A stretch of 49,274 nucleotides of DNA, the filler included, from Streblomastix strix (lineage: Eukaryota): NCBI GenBank assembly GCA_008636045.1. It is 3 parts of 3 records of this genome, joined end to end, with 100 filler letters (N's around TTAATTAATTAA, not from the genome) between each part and the next. Parts side by side here need not be neighbours in the genome. Positions count along the whole stretch, not along the records: positions 32,918 to 49,274 come from SNRW01000831.1; 2 more parts are not named here. The stretch is one strand, 5' to 3'. The position numbers and the translations under genes were made by a program. The notes under the pieces are model-generated. The model searched no databases. It was not told the origin of the DNA and was given only the letters and a program-made list of their open reading frames with translations. This document shows positions 40,185 to 49,274 of this stretch, in pieces. Positions within the stretch are counted from its first letter, which is position 1. Every line of letters starts with the position of its first letter.

Positions 40185-40391
40185 TTTAGGACGATTAATG
40201 TATCAATATACTCCACTTGCTAATTTAGCCCCTACTCCCGTAACTGATCCTATCGCAGGATTATTCATGGAAACCGGTGGAGCCAATGTACCTAGAACTT
40301 TATTCAAAGTTGGAGCAACCCAACCTGCAGCTTTAGTTATACCTCCTAATATTTTACTACCGAAATTTTTCAATCCATACCAAAAACCCAT
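40182..40391 (-). CDS. Small amphipathic protein, adenovirus pVI-like; premature TGA at 40203-40205
   Basis: MGFWYGLKNFGSKILGGITKAAGWVAPTLNKVL...; 210 nt to the second TGA, same length as homolog 16125-16334. Confidence 0.75.
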
Positions 40392-40477
40392 TTATTATAA
40401 TAAAAAATTAATTAAAATTAGACAGGAAACGTGCTTTGCATAGTAAAATGATTAAGCAGTTTCTTTTTATAATCTAA

Positions 40478-40990
40478 ATGTCATTTGCATCAAGCGATTA
40501 TTTGAAACGATTAGCTTCAGCGCAACATTCGGATTACATTAATTCATACTCATAATTCTAGGAAGTAATGCAGACTCAAACTATTGAAGCATAATCATTT
40601 AATATGTCCAAGTATTAATTCTTTAATTAACTTGTAACTTAACTTACGAATGATGGGGCACATTATACTAGAGCGCCACTTGCAGCTAGAGGTACTGCTA
40701 CATGTTCTTGTGTTTAAACATGTTAAATCAGTTGGTAAATTTAGATACAAGTGGATACATTAGTGATATAGGTTAATGGAGTAAATGCAGATGGAGCAGA
40801 AGCTAATAAGCAGCAAATAGATAAATATCTAATTATAATGCTATTATTACCGGAGTATGGGATACACATTAAACAGTAATAATGGAATCTAGTGATACAG
40901 CTAAAACTATATAAAAATATAATACTGATGAACACAATAAATTTTGGTTAGGTTTCTCTACAGCTAGTGGACCTTTTAATTAGATTGCTT
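40478..40990 (+). pseudogene. Probable major capsid protein, N-terminal fragment
   Basis: MSFASSDYLKRLASAQHSDYINSYSQF...TNDGAHYTRAPLAARG; divergent from the pVI-like gene; MCP identity rests on position and recollected similarity, unverified. Confidence 0.4.
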
Positions 40991-43198
40991 CAAGGTAGTG
41001 AAAAAGTATGTAAATTTACATTTTCTAAAAGAAAACATATAATTGTATGAAATAATATGCATATATGAAATATACATTTTGAGTATTACATTTTATATAC
41101 AATTCATTATTCGAATATTTAGTCTGGTGAAGAGCGCCATATCGATTTTATAATTTATATGCATTTAATTTATAATAAATATTTATTAACTTTCTAACTA
41201 CCAACATTCATGATATACTAATTACATATCTATACTATTCATGCATATATGATATAATATATAACGTATATAATTAAATTGCACGCATTTCCAAAAATTC
41301 AAAAATAGGGATTTTTTCCTAAAAATTTTTAATAGGAAAAATAAAAAATATTGAATAAACTTTTTATTAATCAGATAAATTTTTATTTATTTTTACATAA
41401 ATAAATAAATATATACAAGAATATTACACATTTTAAACGGAATATAGATAATTATTCCATATTTATGAAATTAAATTGAACAATCTAATTACTGCTCATC
41501 ATATCTTTAAAAATAAATAACAGTTAACATTTGATAATATAAGGAGAAAGTGTATTGTGCAGTGAAAAAGAAAATGGTGTGAAGAGTAAAGGTGCTATAT
41601 ACTCACTTTTATCCTCGAAATGATTTGCTTAATGTTTCTTCCTTCTTCAGTTACCCTTAAAATCCATGACAATACGTATATCTTCACTTATTTACGTCAA
41701 AATGAAGATAATTTTGCAAGTGAATTGGTAATATTTTTAAGAATATCATCATTTAAACGGAAAAATTATGATTTATCAACCATATTAAATGATGCTTCAA
41801 TCATAATAAAGGGTTAATTCACTTAAGGTAACTCTATACGCCATTTTAACTAACACCTATCAGTTTCTGTTCTTCCTTCTTGTCGAAATTTAAGAGAGGA
41901 GTTATCTTAATCTTATGACATTTGTTATTATGCTGAAAATATAATAAGAATTTGTTGTGTAAAAATTTAAATAAATAAAAAGCATTCAATAAAATAGTTT
42001 GTATTAATTTGATGTTTGAATTTTGTGAAATAATATTGAGAAAATCAATAATTATTGCCTTAGCTCGTATAATGCGTATCTAGTAGTAAGTATATTATAT
42101 TTATAAGCGAATTAAGTATCGTACTAGAATTATTTTTTATTTTTATTCTTTTCCTTCTACATTAATTGTAATTTTCTATCTTCAATTTTTACTTAAAATT
42201 GTTTATAAAATTTCTTTTATTCATTAATAAATATTAAACATATAATTTAATTAAATACTTTTCATATTTATATATTTTAACCAAAAATATTATTAAATGT
42301 AATGTCCTTTGATTCTTCAAAAAATGGAATTAATAATATAGTATGGACGTCCACTGCTCCATTTGATTTAATTTAATAATTTAATAATTAATTATAAATC
42401 TTAGTGTTTTTTTGATAATTTTTTATGAATTTTAAGCCTATTTTCAAGTGATTTTCTGCAGAATTTCTATATTTTATTTTATCGATTTTGCCTGTTTTTC
42501 ATAGTATGTTTATGGTAATTTATATAAAGTTTATAATATTTATATCAAATTTTTTCCAAATTATTATTCTCAAATGCTGAATTTTTATTTTTTATGTTAT
42601 TTTAAAGTATTTACAAATGTCTATAATTAACCAAAATCAACTATAAAATATTTAGTAATATAATGGCACACCCCGTGATAATATGTCTCATCAACATCAT
42701 CATTCACAATTGAAAACACAAACTCTAGATGATTAAGAATTTAAATAATTAGGTCATGAACTTGAAGAGAAAACTACACCAGTTTAAATTAGATTATTCT
42801 TATAAAGTCATCCTGAGTTTGAAGACATTAATTCAAAATCTATTAATTATCATTTGAATTGTCCTGGATATTGTGTTATTAAAAAGTAAGGAAAATGTAT
42901 ATAAACAAAGAAATATTACTAAACGAAATTGGAAAAAGCTGCATAATAATAATAAATTCAATAATCAAATGATGAAGATAATGTTGAAAATAAATTAAAT
43001 AAAGCTGCTTAATTTATTGTATAAAACCCAAATTTAGACAAATAATTTGATGAATTCATTAGATTATATATGAAAATGTAATAAAAAACATCTTTAAAAC
43101 AATTATTTCTTCCTTAAAATAATCTTTCGAAAAATAATATATAAAATATTAAAAAATAATTATTTGGAAAACAAAATTAAAAAGTTTATTTATTTCTG

Positions 43199-44340
43199 TC
43201 AATTATCTGATTTAACCTTGAATTTATCTGCTGTTAGTTAATAGATAAATGGACAACAGCATTCATTTTCTAATACAATAGCTTTTGTCATTGTTCCAGT
43301 TAATCCATTTATGTAGATTTAAACTTTAGACATTTATCCATCAAGTTACCTTAATGAAATATTTTTGCCTTAAGTTACAGTTTCATTCTATAAATTATCA
43401 AGATAAGCTTCTTTATTAATTTATGGATTAAGATTTAAGTTCATTCATTTCAATTTAAGTGTATTCTCATTGTCACCAAATAACCAATAACATTTAGGAG
43501 ATAATGCAATCATATTTACTCCACAATGCTCATAATTTAAGCTTAACAATTTCTTTTAATCAAACAAATTTCCATGTGGATCTGGCAAGAATTTATAAAT
43601 ATTTTCATCAAAGAATACTTTATCCTTAACTATTGCTGAGAATCCTTGTTTATAGTCCATATCTTTATTACCTGAAACTGCAAAGATCATACTATCTGTA
43701 TTATCATATATATAAAGTGAATTCTATCCATATTCAGACATTTCTTCATAAACTTATAATAAAATGTGAAATTCCAAAATTTAGCACAATCCAAAACTGC
43801 AAAACTAATATATGGACAAATGTAATAATTATATTTAGATTTATCAAATTCAACTGCATATATATTTTCTGTAAGTTTTCGAACACTCTTGAATTTTCCA
43901 TTGATGTGAGATCTATATGTACTTTGTTTATCAAGAATCTTTATAACAGAAAATTTTTCTTGGTACATTCCATCACTTACATAACTAGCATTCATTGTTA
44001 TTTTACAGAATTATGTAAGATCAGTATTCTTATCTTATATAGCTTATAATCTTTATTGACTGAAATGATATACAAACTACTTAAAACCAATATATTTCGA
44101 GAAAGTTAATACAATTTTAATATCATCAATTATGAAATGGCACTTATCAATCAAAAACAACAAATAATATAAATAAAAGCACATATATTTATCATGAGTT
44201 GATAATAGTTATGTTAATTTTCATTCTTTTCTATCTTTTGGTATTTTCATTTTGAGCTGATGATTATACATATATGAACCATTAACATCTTCAGTACATT
44301 TATTAGTAGTAGGCAAAAGAAACTCATTGCCTTATGGAAT
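43199..44340 (-). pseudogene. pPolB C-terminal half from another Polinton-like family (5'-truncated)
   Basis: KLTQLLSTH, FCKITMNASYVSDG (motif B), frameshifted motif C, IALSPKCY, GTMTKAIVL. Confidence 0.9.
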
Positions 44341-45090
44341 TAAAACATAAAATTACGGAAAAACAATAGTGGATGTGATTCGTCATAATAAAAAATGATA
44401 ATATTTTATCTGTAAAATGAGTGAAAAATAAAATAATAAAAAAGGATTTATAGATAAGATTTATGGTTATGATTTATATATGATTTATGAAAATAAAATA
44501 TAGTTGAGGAAATGAATGAAAAATGAAAAATGAAAAATGTAAAGGATTTTTAGTAATAATTTATGGAGATCGCTAATGTAATAAGTTTATTATTTAGACT
44601 AAATTACATTGGGCAGTGAGTCTCTTTTGTCTACTATTCTTGGGTATTAATTTATGAATTCTATCTTATACGGTTATTTTATTTTTGAGAATTTTTAATG
44701 ATTAGAGATTTTATGTTTATTAGTAGTGAAACAGTGTAAGAAAATATGGGGATCTCCATGGTTTCAATGATATATGATGAATGAAAAATGATTAATCGTA
44801 AGGATGAACGATAAAAAATATTTTATATGGAAAATAAGTTTAAAAAAATAAGGTTAATTGAAAAAATTGAAGGTGACCAACTGATGCAGAATCATTAATA
44901 AACAACATTTTTGGATTCCTCACATGTGATATAATCTTAGTGAAGAGTATGAATGAAATATGAAAAATTGAGAAAATTGGTAAGATTTTAATATCTTTTT
45001 TAATTATTTTAAAAATAAAATACAGTTACTAAAAATGAAATTATATATTTATAAATAAATGTTTTCTAGTTGATTTGAAAATTGATATCT

Positions 45091-45174
45091 TAGTCAATGT
45101 TCATACGCTAATCATGAATATTATATTAAAAGATAGTTATGAGACTGATGATTCGATCGAATTAAGCGGAACAA
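45091..45174 (+). repeat. 84-bp diverged direct repeat A (second copy 46023-46106)
   Basis: TAGTCAAYGTTCATACGCTRATCA...TCGAATTAAGCGGAACAA with identical spacing in both copies. Confidence 0.9.
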
Positions 45175-45330
45175 AAAAATATAGCAGTCCAATTAAATGA
45201 TTGAAAAATTTCTGTCCCGTTAATATATGGATGTGCTAGTGGAGTGAATAAATGATATGAATTATCTATAAAGGACAAAAGGACGGGACGGGACAAAAAT
45301 TTTAACTCCCGTGAAATTAGTCTGCCATAT

Positions 45331-45671
45331 GCCATAAGTAGTTAATGAAAAAGGAAGGTGCCCTCACATTGATAAACACGGTGATTTGCCCATGTCAGAA
45401 ATATCCAGTATTATTACGAATTGCTGACATATGAAAAACGAATGAATTATCCAGAACCAAAAATCAAGGAATAAATTGATATTAATAAAGAAATTCGGAT
45501 AAAATAATTAATTATAATATTTACGATATACATTTATGATAAAAATAATTGATATGATTTACTATATAATTTAATGATAAAAAAATAATTGATTTGATTT
45601 CCGAACCTCACAAACGAATAGGATTAAAGCAATGTTTCGGGCACCATTCTTTTTCATTAACTACTTATAGC
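45331..45671. repeat. ~340-bp module bounded by ~33-bp inverted repeats
   Basis: GCCATAAGTAGTTAATGAAAAAGGAAGGTGCCC versus reverse complement GCTATAAGTAGTTAATGAAAAAGAATGGTGCCC; left arm recurs at 49142. Confidence 0.9.
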
Positions 45672-46151
45672 CCAAATCAATGATTTGACCGATGCGTATT
45701 AACTTATATTGATTAATAGAATCTGTCCGATTAAGTTTTCATTAACAAAATTGAAATAATGGCATCGAGTAGTTGGTCGATGGATGAAATACGTTATTTG
45801 ATGAAATTGACGATGATGAACAGTTTCAGAATCGATTAAAATGGTTGTTTTTGGAATCTACGAGTAGGATATGACCTTAGGATAGCATATCAAAGTAATA
45901 TGAAAAATTAGGTTTTTAATCAGAATTTTGACCTATGTTAAAATAATATTTTATTTTTATTATATAGGCTGAAAAATCATAGAAAAATTGAAGTTTTTTG
46001 AATGACCTGAGAATCAATGTACTAGTCAACGTTCATACGCTGATCACAAATATAATGTTTAAAATGAATGGATGGACTATTGATTCTGTCGAATTAAGCG
46101 GAACAATGAAAATGATTAATGGTATGGATTAATGATGTGAAATGTCCATGT

Positions 46152-46208
46152 TTCCTGAGTGTCCTGAGTGTCCTGAGTCTCAAACTGAACCAATCTGAGA
46201 TCTGCCAT
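46152..46208 (+). repeat. Iteron-like block: 3x GTCCTGAGT (first unit TTCCTGAGT) plus 30-nt tail ending GCCAT
   Basis: Directly repeated at 49081-49137 on the other side of the primase-helicase gene. Confidence 0.92.
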
Positions 46209-46278
46209 TAATCATAATGCCATAAATCAAATAAAAGTTGTTTTAAGAAACTTTTTCAACTTTTTATCCATAAGCAAA

Positions 46279-49022
46279 ATGGCAACAGAAGAATCCACAA
46301 GCGTCCAAACAATCTCAAATCAATCCATAAACGCTAAACATATTACATTAGAGAAAGGTTCAAAAAGATAATATATTCGCAAATCGAAAACGGATAATAA
46401 AGCTAAAGAATTAATGGATAAATTACTAGAGGAATAAGAATTTGCGAGAATCAAGCGTGAATAAGATGAATTTGATGTGTAAAAGAAAGAAATTGAAGAA
46501 TAAGAATTTACGAGACATATAATTGAAGACATTGCTCAATAAAAATTAAAGGAATAGTAAAAATAAGAATAATCAATAGAAATGGATTAGTTTTTAGAAA
46601 AACTTATACTAATTGCTGCTTAAATGAAAGAAGAAATAGTGAGTAAAACTATCATGGAAAGAGTTAAGAATGCAATGATTAACACAGTAAATTATACTAA
46701 AATAGGCAAAAAAGAAGGTGAGAAAAAATAAGTAACAGATAAATTAATTGATTTAACTCTAGTTGAAGATGGTGATTTATGCGTGATTGATTTCGATATT
46801 AAAAAAAATATATCAATTGAAGAGACTGATAAAATAAGATAAAATATTACAGATAATATGCTTCCTGCTAATGTAGGCTCAGTAAAGACTGCACATGGAG
46901 GATTGCATGCTTATTGTAATAGAGATGGATACACCTTACCTTCGAATCGATGTGTGAAATGTATCGTATTAGATAATATTGAGATTGATATATTTGGAAA
47001 GATGTTTAAGTATAAGGAACATGGAGGAATGGAACAAAAGGAACATGTACAAAATCGAGTAGTTGGTCCAAACTCACCATTCAGAGAAACAAAAAAAAAT
47101 AAAAAAGAGACACTTAAATATGAAGCTATTAATGATTGAGCAAATATGACACATTTAGCGAATCTAAGAGAGATCTTAGATAGCTGGAATGTCGAAATTG
47201 AAATATCGTTCAAAGATTTTGTAGACAAGGTAAATATGAGAGAATTTGGTTGGCAAAACACAGAAGAAGGAACTATTGATAAGATGAATGATGAAATTGC
47301 ATAAGCATGTGTTAATGGATTGAAGAATCTTGAAATACATAACTATCCTTAACCGATTAATATGGAAGTATCACTTCTAAGTGTATTCTCAGGAATTTAT
47401 GGAATCACTAATGAATAGATTTGAGCAGAAGAACTAGGAAATATACGTAAATTTAATAAGCTAACTCTAAACGCTGAAAAGAACTATGGATAAGCATCAT
47501 TTAATGGAGAACGCAAACCAAATCCATGGATCCTAACAAAAATCTTAAGATTCCATAATAAAGATTACTATGAATAGACAATTAAACCATTATTGAAATA
47601 GAATTATGAAGTGAAAAAATAATAGAAAATATCTGATAGAGTGTAATAAATTGAGAATCATGAAATTGATCTAAAAGATCCGTTCATATTAATAGATGTA
47701 TCTAGCAAAGCATTAAATGGAAAATATGAAAATAAATTAGAGTTAGTTTCATAAGATTTATTGAAAATAATTAAAGTTATACCTTGCTAAAACGGATGGT
47801 GCTTCATCATTAATGAATACGATTGTATCGCTGGAAAAAATACTATAAAGTATTAATCTATGACAGCATTACATGATTAGTTACGTTAAATCAAACTTTG
47901 ATAAGATGGAAAGAAGCTTATCACAGCAATTGATGCACTAGAATAATATCATTCATTATTAGAGAAGATTGGCATGAAATTCATTAGTAACAATGAAGGT
48001 ATATTCAGTGTATTCTAAGGATTCAAATATATGCAATTAGATGAAGTGGATTAGATAAAAATAGATAAATTCCTAGGATTAGTGAAAGATACTATCTCAA
48101 AGAATGATGAACGAGTTTATGAATACAAATTAAATTGGTTTGCATTCATTGTATAGAATGTTGGAAAGAAAACTAAAACAGCTATTATACTTAAAGGATT
48201 ATAAGGAATAGGCAAGAATGTATTCACTAATGTCTTATGCGAATTACTTGCAAGTTATTCTTCAAAGAATATCACTTATATCGATGATTTTATAGGTAAG
48301 TTCAACACTGCTATTGAGAATAAGAAGCTTGCAATTGCCAATGAAATGAAGAATTTTGGAGAATCGAGAATATCGAATATGGATGCATTGAAATCAATAA
48401 TTATTGAAAGTTCCTTTGAAATTAATGAGAAGTATGTTCCTAAGCATGAAGTTGAGAATGTAGTGAATTTAATGATTGTTACAAATAATATCTATCCACT
48501 GACGATTGAGAATAGTGACAGGCGTTATGTTGTATGTGAATGTAGTCCAGTTCATCGAGGGGATCTAGCTTACTTCACTACTCTTTGCAATAGTTTTGAT
48601 GAAGATTTTTATAATAACTTATTCACATTCTTTATGATTAGAGATATTTCATAATTTAATCCAAGAAACATTCCAATGACATAAGCGAAAAAAGATATAA
48701 TAAAAGCATCAATATCACCAGTAGATGATGTAATTATTAGTCATTTCAAATCATTTAGAGATGGAGTTACATGCAATATTGTTGAAGGATGGAAACCATA
48801 AGATATGAAATTAAAGAATTATTAATTAATGATCAAAAATATATGTGAAAAAGTTAGAAAAACAAGTGGTGGAGAACGTAAATGGATGTATTAATTGAAA
48901 GAAGAAATAATATCAATCTATGAAGGTATGCTAGATGAAGAAGCTGATGAGATTGATTCCGTGCTAATGCAATAAGAGAGAAATAGTAAGAGATATAGAA
49001 TGATGGTAATGAATATATATGA
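46279..49022 (+). pseudogene. AEP (Prim-Pol) primase-D5-like SF3 helicase, ~910 codons, nearly intact
   Basis: One frame from ATG 46279: LCVIDFDI, KTAHGGLHAYC, Walker A ILKGLQGIGKN (Q=TAA), ANEM, IVTNN, SDRRY; three internal TGA (47137, 47422, 47899) and a probable frameshift near 48960. Confidence 0.92.
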
Positions 49023-49080
49023 AATTAATGAAATTTATTTTTGTTCGGGATCTTGGAGAATTAATGCGAAATGAACTAGT

Positions 49081-49137
49081 GTCCTGAGTGTCCTGAGTGT
49101 CCTGAGTCACAAGCTGAACTACTTGGATTCCCGCCAT
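49081..49137 (+). repeat. Iteron-like block copy 2 (3x GTCCTGAGT plus tail)
   Basis: See 46152-46208. Confidence 0.92.
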
Positions 49138-49152
49138 ATCAGACATAAGTAG

Positions 49153-49274
49153 TTAATGAAAAAGAGCCATGCCCTCACATTGATAAACACGATGATTTGC
49201 CCACATCAGAAATAACCAGTGATATTACGAATTCCTGACATATGAAAAACAAATGAATTATCCAGAACCGAAAA
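49153..49274 (+). repeat. 122-bp terminal direct repeat of contig 3
   Basis: Identical to 32918-33039. Confidence 0.97.

Larger units (their letters stand above)
33043..41000. mobile_element. Decayed Polinton-like virus C (pPolB C-half, integrase, capsid-type genes, KilA-N, pVI-like)
   Basis: Dense cluster of viral hallmark genes read in code 6. Confidence 0.85.

Noticed and set aside
41500..43150. Two code-6 coding-like stretches (minus ~41520-41922; plus ~42663-43150)
   Set aside because: Disrupted and without recognisable motifs; cannot assign to host or element
46152..46178. GTCCTGAGT repeats as a CRISPR array or telomeric repeat
   Set aside because: Only three contiguous 9-mers with no spacers and no cas genes; internal position
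47137..47901. In-frame TGA at Trp-like positions (IND*AN, KL*QDG; also 15572, and 29679 where the paralog has TGG), suggesting TGA=Trp recoding
   Set aside because: TGA also sits at probable Arg and Gly positions (44221 E*KLTQ, 47422, 39415), TGG is used normally, and neighbouring genes carry frameshifts; ordinary nonsense decay explains it
48964..49146. Minus-strand ORF with TQDTQDTQD repeat
   Set aside because: Translation of the 9-bp iteron block; no other coding support

Overview
The window is three unlinked AT-rich eukaryotic contigs (1-16359, 16460-32817, 32918-49274) joined by 100-nt N/TTAATTAATTAA spacers. The supplied standard-code ORF track is misleading. Genes read correctly only with TAA/TAG=Gln and TGA as the sole stop (translation table 6; an oxymonad such as Streblomastix fits by inference, but other code-6 protists are not excluded). 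Contigs 1 and 3 are mosaics of mostly decayed endogenous Polinton/Maverick-like viruses. They carry protein-primed PolB (four copies or fragments), rve integrase (two), packaging ATPase, AEP primase-SF3 helicase (two), KilA-N, a fiber-like repeat protein, tentative capsid genes and a small adenovirus pVI-like protein (two). Contig 2 holds decayed DIRS-type tyrosine-recombinase retrotransposons among AT-rich host DNA. The most notable unannotated signals are: (i) a conserved 27-nt double mini-hairpin that starts exactly at the TGA stop of five different viral genes; (ii) a nearly intact primase-helicase gene bracketed by 9-bp iteron-like direct repeats and an inverted-repeat module; (iii) a conserved 69-codon amphipathic pVI-like gene. 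All translations were done by eye, so pseudogene boundaries are approximate and no database searches were run.
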